Program-made: the position numbers and the translations under genes
Virus record (IMG/VR): IMGVR_UViG_3300045988_174992
Source of the DNA: a virus
Strand: one strand, 5' to 3'
Length of the DNA: 64,000 nt
Notes under the pieces: model-generated
What the model saw: only the letters and a program-made list of their open reading frames with translations
Database searches by the model: none
What the model was told of the DNA's origin: nothing
Shown: positions 27,866-36,329 of the stretch, piece by piece
How the letters are laid out: every line of letters starts with the position of its first letter
Numbering within the stretch: position 1 is the stretch's first letter

Positions 27866-28747
27866 TTGCTTATCTAAATATTTGTTTATGTTTCTTTCTA
27901 ATTTATAAGGTTCTATCATCTTATAAATATCTTCTTTAGTCCAATATTCCATTTTGAAATCTCCAGAATCTATTATTTCTTTCCATCCTTTTCTATAACT
28001 ATTTATCATTAATCTAGCTTCTAGAATTTTTACTTCTTCTGGATATTTGTAATGTTCTGAATGAATTCCTTCCCATAAAGTTTCTGCAGAGTTGAAATGG
28101 CTTCTATCACCATCATCAAAAACCATATTTACTATTTCATCAACATTCGTTGTAATGAATTTGTTTGATATTACTTCAAATGTATCAACATTAAATATTG
28201 TCTGATATAATCCTGTTGGAACAAATCTGAATGAACCCATTTGATTCTTTGACAAATCCACTCCATTCAATCTCTCTTTTGTATGGTTCAATATAGTATT
28301 TGCCCACATAATCTTTACCCCAACTTTATACTTTGATTCATCTTTTCTATAATCAGGACAGTAATATCTAAATTCAGTGTATTCTTTATCTTTCATCATC
28401 ATGAAGTCAACTGCGGCAAACTTTAGCTTATCATCATCCAATGGGTCTTTATAAGGATACAATATAGATACAATGAAATAAGATTTGCTTGTAACACTTT
28501 CTGTATAAGAGAATACTTTGCTTATCATTGCTTCCAACTCTTCTATAGTATCAGTTTTTATAGCAATATCTATATCTCCATTGTATTCACCATCTTTCTT
28601 CTTACCTATTGATCCAATGCAACAATATTCCATATCGGGATAATTATCCAACAATTCTTTTATAACTAATTGTTGCAATAATGGGGCAACTTCTGATTTG
28701 ATTGGGGTTGCCCTATATTTTCCTTGTTGAAATAGATTTCCACTCAT
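27851..28747 (-). CDS. Pol-beta-superfamily nucleotidyltransferase (298 aa)
   Basis: IGSIGKKKDGEYNGDIDIAI matches G-S-x(11)-D-x-D. A downstream strand, AAVDFMMM, could supply the third carboxylate. Confidence 0.55.
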   Translation of the reverse strand: MSGNLFQQGKYRATPIKSEVAPLLQQLVIKELLDNYPDMEYCCIGSIGKKKDGEYNGDIDIAIKTDTIEELEAMISKVFSYTESVTSKSYFIVSILYPYKDPLDDDKLKFAAVDFMMMKDKEYTEFRYYCPDYRKDESKYKVGVKIMWANTILNHTKERLNGVDLSKNQMGSFRFVPTGLYQTIFNVDTFEVISNKFITTNVDEIVNMVFDDGDRSHFNSAETLWEGIHSEHYKYPEEVKILEARLMINSYRKGWKEIIDSGDFKMEYWTKEDIYKMIEPYKLERNINKYLDKQNGIL

Positions 28748-28842
28748 TTAATTAATTTTCTTTTATAAGAAAATAGAAAAACAAACAGTGGATTTAATTA
28801 TTAAAATTGTATTTTTAAATAAGCAATAGAAATGTAATATAC

Positions 28843-30627
28843 ATGATATTTGGTAACTTAAGTAACGTATTAGAAGGAAATAAGACTATATATGAACAAG
28901 CTAATGATATGATGCCTATACAACAAACCCAAATGCAGATAAAAGAACCTGGTCATCTTGCAAAAATTCTGTATAAGCTCAGTCATTATGGTATGAACTG
29001 GACTTCTGATGTTGTAAAGAACATGAAAGCAGTACCAGCAGACAAGTTGATGCAACCAAAGGATATTGGTGTAATGACTTCAAACTTGTATGCTGGTATA
29101 ATGGATAACTGGAAACAGAAACCAGAAGAAGACAAGCCATTTAGAGAAAAGACTCTTGAACAGAAGAGAGATGTTTTGAGAAAGATGGCTATGAATCCAG
29201 AAATCGAAGATATATTGGATATCATGGCTAATGAATGTATAGTTTATGATGATAATGATGTTTATATTGGAGAACCTTACATTGAACCAAGTGTACTGCA
29301 ACAGTTGAATGAGAATCATATAGAAGAGATAAAGAATTGTGTAGATACGAGTTTCTATAAGATATACATGCTTCTTGATTGGAAAAACAAAGCTTGGGAT
29401 CAATTCAAAAGATGGTTGATAGATGGAGTAATAGCTTATGAAATTGTATATGACAACATTGAGAATCCACATACAATCATTGGTATTATCCCTATAGATC
29501 CAGCTACTATTACTCGTGTTATTGATAATGGTATACAATACTGGGTACAGTTTAAAGATGTGATTGGACAAGAACGTATCATGCTTGATTCACAAGTAAT
29601 ATATATCAAATATGAAGATAGTGGAGTAATAGACAGACAATCATATCTTGAACGTCTGATTCGTCCATTCAACATATATAGAATCATAGAACAAGCACAA
29701 CTTATCTGGACTGTAACTCAAGCAAGCTTCAAGACAATGTTCACCATACCTGTAGCTGGGATGAACAGAGCAAAAGGTATGCAAACTCTGAACTCTGCTA
29801 TGGCCAGATATAAAGAAGATATAGACTTCAATACAGAAACTGGTGAACTTAAAGTAAATGGTAGAACTAATCTTCCATTCAATAAAGAATATTGGATGCC
29901 AGAAAATGAGAATGGAAAACCAGAGATAGAGACACTTGTTGACCAAGGCCCAAGCCTTAATGATAGTGAACAACTTAAGTACTATCTTTCTAAGCTATAT
30001 AAGATGTCTAAGATACCAGAAAGCAGATTTGATAAAGAAAATGCTGCTGCTTGGTTTGGAACTGATCCAACTCAAACCCTTCGTGATGAAATAAATTTTG
30101 GTAGATTTGTTGATAGACTTAGAAATGTATTTTCCATGGTAATCATCAAACCTATTCAAATACAAGTTGCTCTTTCAATTCCAGAAATGAAGAATGACAA
30201 GAGAGTATTGGATGCTATCATATTCAGATATAATTCATATAATCAGTTTACTGAGATGATGGATCTTGAAGTTACCAACAAACGTCTTGAAACAATTGGT
30301 ATGCTTAAAGATACATTTACTACAACTGATGCTGAAGGAAATGAAGACAGCTATTTCTCTATGAAATTCTTACTTGAAAGATATCTGAAGATGTCTGATG
30401 CTGATTTTGAATATAACCAAAAATGCAAATGGTTAGAGAAGCAAGAAAAGGGTGATGCTGAATCAGAAGAAGAGGAAAATGGTGAAGAAGAAATGGGTGG
30501 AATAGATTCTGGTTCGGAAGATGCAGGAATGGAAGATGATGGATCTGGGGATGCTGGAGGAGATTCAGAAATGATGGGTGATGTACAACCTGACAATTCA
30601 GCTGAAGGTGGATCAGGAGAAATGTAA
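28843..30627 (+). CDS. portal protein, T4 gp20-like, with acidic C-terminal tail
   Basis: Collinear matches to the remembered gp20 sequence: ANECIVYDDNDVY vs SDAIVYEDDTEVV; FKRWLIDGVIAYEIVYD vs FRRWYVDSRIFFHKIID; IPIDPATI vs LRRLDPRQV; EYWMPENENGKPEIETL...LKYYLSKLYKMSKIPESR vs DYWLQRRDGKAVTEVDTL...IRWFRQALYMALRVPLSR. Confidence 0.85.
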   Translation: MIFGNLSNVLEGNKTIYEQANDMMPIQQTQMQIKEPGHLAKILYKLSHYGMNWTSDVVKNMKAVPADKLMQPKDIGVMTSNLYAGIMDNWKQKPEEDKPFREKTLEQKRDVLRKMAMNPEIEDILDIMANECIVYDDNDVYIGEPYIEPSVLQQLNENHIEEIKNCVDTSFYKIYMLLDWKNKAWDQFKRWLIDGVIAYEIVYDNIENPHTIIGIIPIDPATITRVIDNGIQYWVQFKDVIGQERIMLDSQVIYIKYEDSGVIDRQSYLERLIRPFNIYRIIEQAQLIWTVTQASFKTMFTIPVAGMNRAKGMQTLNSAMARYKEDIDFNTETGELKVNGRTNLPFNKEYWMPENENGKPEIETLVDQGPSLNDSEQLKYYLSKLYKMSKIPESRFDKENAAAWFGTDPTQTLRDEINFGRFVDRLRNVFSMVIIKPIQIQVALSIPEMKNDKRVLDAIIFRYNSYNQFTEMMDLEVTNKRLETIGMLKDTFTTTDAEGNEDSYFSMKFLLERYLKMSDADFEYNQKCKWLEKQEKGDAESEEEENGEEEMGGIDSGSEDAGMEDDGSGDAGGDSEMMGDVQPDNSAEGGSGEM

Positions 30628-30645
30628 AATAAAATAGAATAAAAA

Positions 30646-30753
30646 ATGAAGTCATTATTAGAATTTATTACAGATAGAGAAAATATTCCTAAAAGAGATA
30701 AAGATATACCTAAAATAGATAAAGAAATAGATAATTTATCAGATGAAGCTTAG
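30646..30753 (+). CDS. 35-aa ORF MKSLLEFITDRENIPKRDKDIPKIDKEIDNLSDEA (prohead-core/CTS-like peptide candidate)
   Basis: Hand-found, below the track cutoff. It starts 19 nt after the portal stop and overlaps the next ATG by 11 nt. The leader resembles the T4 sequence MKTYQEFIAE. Confidence 0.4.
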   Translation: MKSLLEFITDRENIPKRDKDIPKIDKEIDNLSDEA

Positions 30754-31432
30754 TAATTGTGAAATAAGACCAGGAGTTGTAGTTACTGCTGATGATCCAA
30801 AGAAAATGGGTCGTATAAAAGCTGTAGTTCCTGGTTGGTTCAATAATGCCTCTATGCATGAAGAAGATATGTTTTGGATTGCTCCATTTACTAGTGGATC
30901 AGGATATCAACGTGTCTCTAAATGCATAGAGGGACAAAAAGTATGGATATTGCATGATTCCACAAATGAATATGAATATTATTATGTCACAATGTGGGAA
31001 ACAAACATCAATACTACTGCCGCTCAACAGGATTTTGATTATGATGTATTAGTGTCAAGATCTGGTAAAAGTGTTGGTGCTCAGATGTTCTATACTGGTA
31101 ATCAAGGATTTGTAACAAGAATAGGAGAACATGCTCAAACGCAGATAAATCAAGCTGGTGATATAGAAAACAAATCTAATGGTACTGAAATATCTATAAG
31201 AGGATCAAAAGCATTTGTTGGATTGTCAGAAAAATGTGAAGATCCAATAGTTAGAGGAAATAAATTATATAAGTTATTATCTGATTTGAAGGCTGGATTA
31301 GATGAATTGAATAATGCGGCTAATGGAAATCCTTATACAATAAATTTATGTCCAGCAATACTTAAATGTTCTAAAGCTATATCAGATACCATAGATGAAA
31401 TGAATTCAAAAACATCATTTGTAAGTGAATAA
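30743..31432 (+). CDS. baseplate central spike / hub OB-fold protein (T4 gp5 N-domain / P2 gpV-like)
   Basis: IRPGVVVTADDPKKMGRIKAVVPGW...MFWIAPFTSG...IEGQKVWILHD compares with gp5 FVGVVEDRMDPLKLGRVRVRVVGLH...LPWMSVIQP...EGTRVYGHFLD. Confidence 0.6.
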   Translation: MKLSNCEIRPGVVVTADDPKKMGRIKAVVPGWFNNASMHEEDMFWIAPFTSGSGYQRVSKCIEGQKVWILHDSTNEYEYYYVTMWETNINTTAAQQDFDYDVLVSRSGKSVGAQMFYTGNQGFVTRIGEHAQTQINQAGDIENKSNGTEISIRGSKAFVGLSEKCEDPIVRGNKLYKLLSDLKAGLDELNNAANGNPYTINLCPAILKCSKAISDTIDEMNSKTSFVSE

Positions 31433-31435
31433 TAT

Positions 31436-32380
31436 ATGGGTGCAATACCAGGACAAATGCAAGCAAAATGCATTGATTATGGACAGAATTTCTTAACAGG
31501 ACAAGCAACTTCAGTTATTGCTGCTACTGGTATTGATATAGAAGCTGGCAATTTGAAACAGTTGGCAGATGCTGTACAAGACAAGACTATGTCTATGGTT
31601 TCTGACTTGAAGAATACAGCTACTAAAGAAGTAACTAAAATTGGAAGTCAGATAGGTGGCATGGCTGGTAGCTTAGTTGGTGCTGGATTATCTGCTATGC
31701 AAGGAGCTTTTCAAACAGCAGATGTTGCTAAGCAAGCGGTTGGAGAACTTACAACGTATGGGGTTCAACTTACTGCTAAAATCGGTACTAATATAGCAAG
31801 TATGATTGCTGCATTTCCTGCACAAGTTACCAAGAAAGCTACTGCTATAGCTGCAGAACAATGTAAAGAAGAACTTCAACAACGATTGAAAGAAGTGATG
31901 GGTACACCAGCAGAAGAGCATGCACAAAAGGAAGCAGAAAAGGAAAAAGAAAACAAAACAAAGAAAGCAATAACTTGGTGTAAGAAAGCTGTAAAAGATG
32001 TCAATGAATTCAAAGATAAGACACTGTCATCTATTCAGAAAGATTGTGAAGATATATCTGCTTTGATGATACAAGGTCCAGGTTGGGTAAACAATCAGAT
32101 GAGTGGTGCTATTGATAGTGCTAAAACATATATGTCTGATTATGCCGATGGCAAAATGAAAGATATTCAGAATCATTATGATGAAGCTGTGAATAATTCT
32201 GCTTACGCCGCAGCTACAACAATGAAGAAAAAACTTATAGATCCAACATTAGAAAAAGCTAAAGAACAATTTAATGATCTTGGAACATCAACAAATAAGA
32301 CAAAGCAAAAAGCTAAGACAGCTGTTCAAAAACAGTTGTTCAAGCTTGCAGGAAAATTAGGAATATCACCAAATGGCTAA
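31436..32380 (+). CDS. Ala/Gly-rich alpha-helical protein (314 aa), function unknown (sits where a small terminase or internal protein could be)
   Basis: ORF track; overlaps the TerL start by 8 nt. Confidence 0.5.
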   Translation: MGAIPGQMQAKCIDYGQNFLTGQATSVIAATGIDIEAGNLKQLADAVQDKTMSMVSDLKNTATKEVTKIGSQIGGMAGSLVGAGLSAMQGAFQTADVAKQAVGELTTYGVQLTAKIGTNIASMIAAFPAQVTKKATAIAAEQCKEELQQRLKEVMGTPAEEHAQKEAEKEKENKTKKAITWCKKAVKDVNEFKDKTLSSIQKDCEDISALMIQGPGWVNNQMSGAIDSAKTYMSDYADGKMKDIQNHYDEAVNNSAYAAATTMKKKLIDPTLEKAKEQFNDLGTSTNKTKQKAKTAVQKQLFKLAGKLGISPNG

Positions 32381-35174
32381 AGAATTTGAATTTGACCCAG
32401 TAAAGAGAGATAAAGGAGGAAAAGAGGCAGAAGCGGTCATCTGGAGCTGCTCAGTACTTGAAAAGGCTGTAGATGCCATGAAGAAGGGTTTGCCATTGAA
32501 AGCAAACCCTTTTATTGGTAAGAATACTAAGTTATTGAAGCCAGATCTGGTCTTCAAGCGTACACAAGAAGAGATAGAAGACTATATGCATTGTATGGAA
32601 GATCCATTGTACTTTGCTACTAAATGCTATCTTATGACTCCAACTGGTTTGCAACCAGTAATACTTCGTGACTATCAGGAAGATTATATGAGGCATCTTC
32701 AGAAAAACAGATTCAGTTTGTTCTTGAGTTGCAGACAAAGTGGTAAAACATTTTTAGAAAATACAAATGTGAAATTTTTGTTTACTAATTCATTCATAAA
32801 CAATTATAGCATTAAGTTTGGTAAACAAAAATTTACATATCTCTTTAAGAATTTCAAATATGTAAAAAGTGGATCTGATTATTTGTTTGAATTGCCTTTT
32901 TATGAGTTTCAAAACTTGTTTGATGATACTGTTTACTGGAAACTGAAATACAATCTATATAAGAAAAAGAAATATCATGCAGTAGAAGTTGTCGACTGGT
33001 TAGAATACAATTTTTTATTCCACAAGAAACTTCTTGACAATTACAAAACAACTAAAGAAATAGATATTTCCAATTATGGAATAAAAGTATTGACAGATGT
33101 TGGATATCAACCAATATCATACATTTACAATACTAAACCATTTGCAATATATAAAGTAATCCTTGAAAATGGATATTCTATAGAATGTGCAGACAAGCAC
33201 ATGTTGTTTGATGATAATTTGAATATAGTATATGCTGATGAACTTGTTGAAAGTGTTTCTAAAATAATGACAGATAAAGGACCATCTGTAGTAAAGTCTG
33301 TTTCAATATCCAAAGTAAAAGTATCTATGTGTGATGTTTCTGTGGATCATCCTTATCACAGATATTATACTAATGGAATATTAAGTCACAACTCAACAAC
33401 AACAGCTATATTCTGCCTTTGGTCGGTATTGTTCAGAAATGATAGAAATGCGTTGATACTTTCTAAATCTGGTCCAGCTGGACAAGATTTGATAAAGAAG
33501 ATAAAAGATATGTACTTGTATCTTCCTTATCATTTGAAGCTTGGTACTTTGAAGTGGAATCAATCAGAAATAGCTTTTGACAACAACTCTACAATATCTA
33601 CTGAAGCTTTCTCTCCTACTGCCGGTCTTGGTAAGACAATAAACTTCTTGATACTTGATGAGTTTGCTTGGTGCCCACCTAATGATGTAGAATTATTCTA
33701 CAACAACATTCTTCCTACTGTTACTGCAGATACAAGCTCTAATATATGTATCATGTCAACACAGAACGGATTCAATTTGTTCTATAAGCTATGGCATGCC
33801 GCAGAAACAGGAAAGTCTATGTATGCTCCATTTAAAGTAGATTGGTGGCAAGTTCCTCAATGGGATCCAGAAAATCATATTTGGAAGAAGAGAGATAATG
33901 CTTGGAAAACTATGATGGTTGGTGTCTTAGGTTCTGAAGAAGCTTTCTACTACCAATACGGTACTCAATTCTCTGCATCAGATAAATGTCTTGTATCAAG
34001 AGAATGCTTAGGTAAGATAAGAGATTTGACTTATCTGTTTGAGACACCTACAGATGATAGTTGGTATTTCAGCTTACATAAGACAGAACTTAAGTTCAAG
34101 AAAGATTATGACTTGCATTGGTTGAAGATAGGATGGTTCATCATATTGGTTGACTTAGCAGAAGGTGGTGGCAATGACTTTACAACGTTCAATATAATAG
34201 AAGTAATAGGAAAAGACAAGTTTGAACAAGTAGGATATTGGCATTGCAACACCATAGATTTGGAACAAGCTAGCTTAGAGTTTTGGGTATTGTATGGACA
34301 GCTATTCAATCCTAATAAGACTATAGTGTCAGTAGAATGGAATACTTATGGGGCTTTATTCTACAACTATCTTAAGAATTTGAATGAACCTGAATATATG
34401 CCAGAAGCAAGTTGGAGATGGCAAGTAAACCCATTAGGAGAATTTGACTTGGCTAACTTGATAAGATATAAGAAAGGCAGTCAAGAAGACAATATTGCTA
34501 ACTTGAATGGATTCAAAAACAGCAAGACAATTCCTGGAATCAGATTAAGCCATGCTACTAAGATATCTGCATGTGCATTGCTTAAGATGATGTTAGAGAA
34601 GTTTGATGTCATAATAACAGATTTGCTTACCGTTTCAGAGCTTGAGAATTTTGAAGATAAGAATGGAAATGGCAGCTATGCCGCGGCATACGGACATGAT
34701 GATTTGATAATGACTTTTGTACAACTTCCACTTCTTAAGAACACTACAAAATATAAAGATTTCATAGAAGAATGGGAGATAGAAATGAAAGCTACAGGTC
34801 AATGGGAACAAATAGAAAAAGAAGAGTCAGAAATGAAGAAACTAGATATGCTTAAGAAGATAGCAGATATGATGGCCAATGTATTGCAGAAAAGAAAAGA
34901 AGAGAAACAAGTAACTGTATCATTGAACAACAGAAATCTACCTACTGCTACTGCTGTAAATTCTTCTGATATATATAGAGAAGCACAAAGTAATGCAAGT
35001 ACCAGTATACCTAACATGTATACAATGTACAATACAAGTATGCAACAAGGATTACCATCTATGAATGACTTTTATGGGTCACCTAATGGATATGGAAATG
35101 AACCAAGCATATATGATATGCCAGGACAATACAACCAAGATCCATTGAGAGCTAGATTCAGACAATTCAACTAA
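32373..35174 (+). CDS. terL: large terminase subunit, T4 gp17-like, interrupted by a Hint/intein-like insertion
   Basis: ILRDYQEDY; Walker A SCRQSGKT, then after the insertion STTTAIFCLW (gp17: SRQLGKTTVVAIFLAHF); Walker B FLILDEFAW; MSTQNGFNLFYKLW (gp17 TTTPNGLNHFYDIW); nuclease-domain motifs VDLAEGGGNDF and YGHDDLIMTF. Confidence 0.9.
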   Translation: MAKEFEFDPVKRDKGGKEAEAVIWSCSVLEKAVDAMKKGLPLKANPFIGKNTKLLKPDLVFKRTQEEIEDYMHCMEDPLYFATKCYLMTPTGLQPVILRDYQEDYMRHLQKNRFSLFLSCRQSGKTFLENTNVKFLFTNSFINNYSIKFGKQKFTYLFKNFKYVKSGSDYLFELPFYEFQNLFDDTVYWKLKYNLYKKKKYHAVEVVDWLEYNFLFHKKLLDNYKTTKEIDISNYGIKVLTDVGYQPISYIYNTKPFAIYKVILENGYSIECADKHMLFDDNLNIVYADELVESVSKIMTDKGPSVVKSVSISKVKVSMCDVSVDHPYHRYYTNGILSHNSTTTAIFCLWSVLFRNDRNALILSKSGPAGQDLIKKIKDMYLYLPYHLKLGTLKWNQSEIAFDNNSTISTEAFSPTAGLGKTINFLILDEFAWCPPNDVELFYNNILPTVTADTSSNICIMSTQNGFNLFYKLWHAAETGKSMYAPFKVDWWQVPQWDPENHIWKKRDNAWKTMMVGVLGSEEAFYYQYGTQFSASDKCLVSRECLGKIRDLTYLFETPTDDSWYFSLHKTELKFKKDYDLHWLKIGWFIILVDLAEGGGNDFTTFNIIEVIGKDKFEQVGYWHCNTIDLEQASLEFWVLYGQLFNPNKTIVSVEWNTYGALFYNYLKNLNEPEYMPEASWRWQVNPLGEFDLANLIRYKKGSQEDNIANLNGFKNSKTIPGIRLSHATKISACALLKMMLEKFDVIITDLLTVSELENFEDKNGNGSYAAAYGHDDLIMTFVQLPLLKNTTKYKDFIEEWEIEMKATGQWEQIEKEESEMKKLDMLKKIADMMANVLQKRKEEKQVTVSLNNRNLPTATAVNSSDIYREAQSNASTSIPNMYTMYNTSMQQGLPSMNDFYGSPNGYGNEPSIYDMPGQYNQDPLRARFRQFN
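32751..33392 (+). mobile_element. Hint/intein-like insertion (214 aa) in the TerL P-loop
   Basis: In-frame insert after GKT. Block-B-like ENGYSIECADKHMLF; block F/G-like VSMCDVSVDHPYHRYYTNGILSHN followed by +1 Ser. There is no Cys/Ser at the N-junction. Confidence 0.6.
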
Positions 35175-35183
35175 TTAAAACAT

Positions 35184-35274
35184 TCACCAGGATGGCGGAT
35201 AATTCAATCACCTGATAAATTATACTTATTAGCAATTATCCGCTCCCTGCGCATCCCAGCCGCCATCCTGGTGA
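35184..35274. terminator. GC-rich nested inverted repeat at the TerL / membrane-protein convergence
   Basis: A 15-bp arm TCACCAGGATGGCGG (35184-35198) pairs with CCGCCATCCTGGTGA (35260-35274). An inner pair GCGGATAATT/AATTATCCGC lies at 35195-35204 and 35234-35243. Confidence 0.5.
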
Positions 35275-35672
35275 TTGCTTTGCTTATTCATTACATCTAA
35301 TATCTTATTGTATTCTTCATCTGTAACATTTATGATAATATCATCATTTGTTCCAAATTTTCCATCAGAACCAGGAAGTTTATGTTCATATTTTTCTGAC
35401 CACACTTTTGTCAAACCAACAGAAGTGAAAACAGCTGCTACTGCTGTTATATAAGCTGCCATTGCTGTCAAATCCGTAGTTATGGTATGATTATACCAAG
35501 CTTCTATAGTAAGAGAGAATATTGGTACAGCAAGCAGTAAAGTACCAATGAATGTAACAACAACTAAAAAGAAACTTTTGCTGCTATATCCTGAATTTTG
35601 CTGAACAAGCTTACTGAAGAAATTTCCTTTTACTATTTTCTTTATATATACGGTCATTTTAGAAAAGTCCAT
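35229..35672 (-). CDS. membrane protein with two predicted TM helices (holin-like by topology only)
   Basis: FFLVVVTFIGTLLLAVPIFSLTI and AMAAYITAVAAVFTSVGLT. Confidence 0.5.
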   Translation of the reverse strand: MDFSKMTVYIKKIVKGNFFSKLVQQNSGYSSKSFFLVVVTFIGTLLLAVPIFSLTIEAWYNHTITTDLTAMAAYITAVAAVFTSVGLTKVWSEKYEHKLPGSDGKFGTNDDIIINVTDEEYNKILDVMNKQSNHQDGGWDAQGADNC

Positions 35673-35714
35673 AGTTTAAGTTAAAATATCTATCTGTATA
35701 AAAATCTTCAGAAT

Positions 35715-35747
35715 ATACAAAAAATGACAGAACTTAATGTCCTGTCA
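35715..35747 (-). terminator. minus-strand intrinsic terminator
   Basis: TGACAG-11 nt-CTGTCA is followed on the minus strand by TTTTTTGT. A second 9-bp hairpin, CCAAAGGAG/CTCCTTTGG, lies at 35755-35777. Confidence 0.55.
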
Positions 35748-35804
35748 GCATCAACCAAAGGAGCAATTCTCCTTTGGCATTTTGGATCTTAAATGTCTAA
35801 TAAT

Positions 35805-35915
35805 TTACTTTGTTGCCCACAAAGGTATAGATCCAGTGCAGTTCATCAAACCAAGTTCTGCAGATACCTTCATGTTTCTCTTGATGGCATTTAGAATTTT
35901 CTTCATGGTTTTCAT
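35805..35915 (-). CDS. micro-ORF 3 of tandem trio: MKTMKKILNAIKRNMKVSAELGLMNCTGSIPLWATK (36 aa)
   Basis: Hand-found; its 5' context is shared with the neighbouring micro-ORF. Confidence 0.35.
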   Translation of the reverse strand: MKTMKKILNAIKRNMKVSAELGLMNCTGSIPLWATK

Positions 35916-35928
35916 TTCCTTTAATTGA

Positions 35929-36027
35929 TTAAATTGATCTTGACATAGTCATTGCTTCACCATACATAGCCATAGCTTCCTTGTATGAATCCCAAAATTT
36001 CTTAATTAACTTCTTCATAGTTTTCAT
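35929..36027 (-). CDS. micro-ORF 2: MKTMKKLIKKFWDSYKEAMAMYGEAMTMSRSI (32 aa)
   Basis: Hand-found. TTAAAAGAAATGAAAACTATGAAGAAG compares with TTAAAGGAAATGAAAACCATGAAGAAA at micro-ORF 3. Confidence 0.35.
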   Translation of the reverse strand: MKTMKKLIKKFWDSYKEAMAMYGEAMTMSRSI

Positions 36028-36032
36028 TTCTT

Positions 36033-36131
36033 TTAAGTTTTGTTTTTATAATTCATCTCATTTGATGGATAGCATATTGATAATGCAATTACCCTCAAAT
36101 AGATTTCTCTTATTTTCTTTAATATCTTCAT
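36033..36131 (-). CDS. micro-ORF 1: MKILKKIREIYLRVIALSICYPSNEMNYKNKT (32 aa)
   Basis: Hand-found; 5-nt spacer to micro-ORF 2. Confidence 0.3.
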   Translation of the reverse strand: MKILKKIREIYLRVIALSICYPSNEMNYKNKT

Positions 36132-36260
36132 GACTAATATATTATATATTTATCATTCAAATTAAATATAGATTTGGGTTTAAAAAACAGTTATAAAAAT
36201 AAAGGAAATTTTTGAAAAAGTCATAATTAATTGATGTAGGTCAATTGCAATGATAAATTT

Positions 36261-36313
36261 ATTTTTAATTTGATTGAAATCAAAAGTCTAAATTGTCTAG
36301 CAATTTTTAAATA
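36261..36313 (+). promoter_or_regulatory. conserved bipartite palindromic element (copy 2) upstream of 36330
   Basis: ATTTTTAATTTGATTGAAATCAAAAGTCTAAATTGTCTAGCAATTTTTAAATA. The first palindrome keeps its symmetry relative to copy 1 through paired substitutions. Confidence 0.55.
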
Positions 36314-36329
36314 GAATATAAAATACCCT

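Noticed and set aside
28870-30655. Antisense ORFs within the portal gene (28870..29055, 28986..29225, 29080..29571, 29436..29687, 29641..29973, 30351..30596, 30359..30655)
   Set aside because: The plus-strand frame has clear gp20 homology over its whole length, and the antisense ORFs have low-complexity composition.
35737-35928. Plus-strand 63-aa ORF between the membrane-protein gene and 36330
   Set aside because: It has no upstream plus-strand promoter-like element. It overlaps two minus-strand hairpins/terminators and the better-supported tandem micro-ORFs. It is retained only as the alternative to be excluded experimentally.
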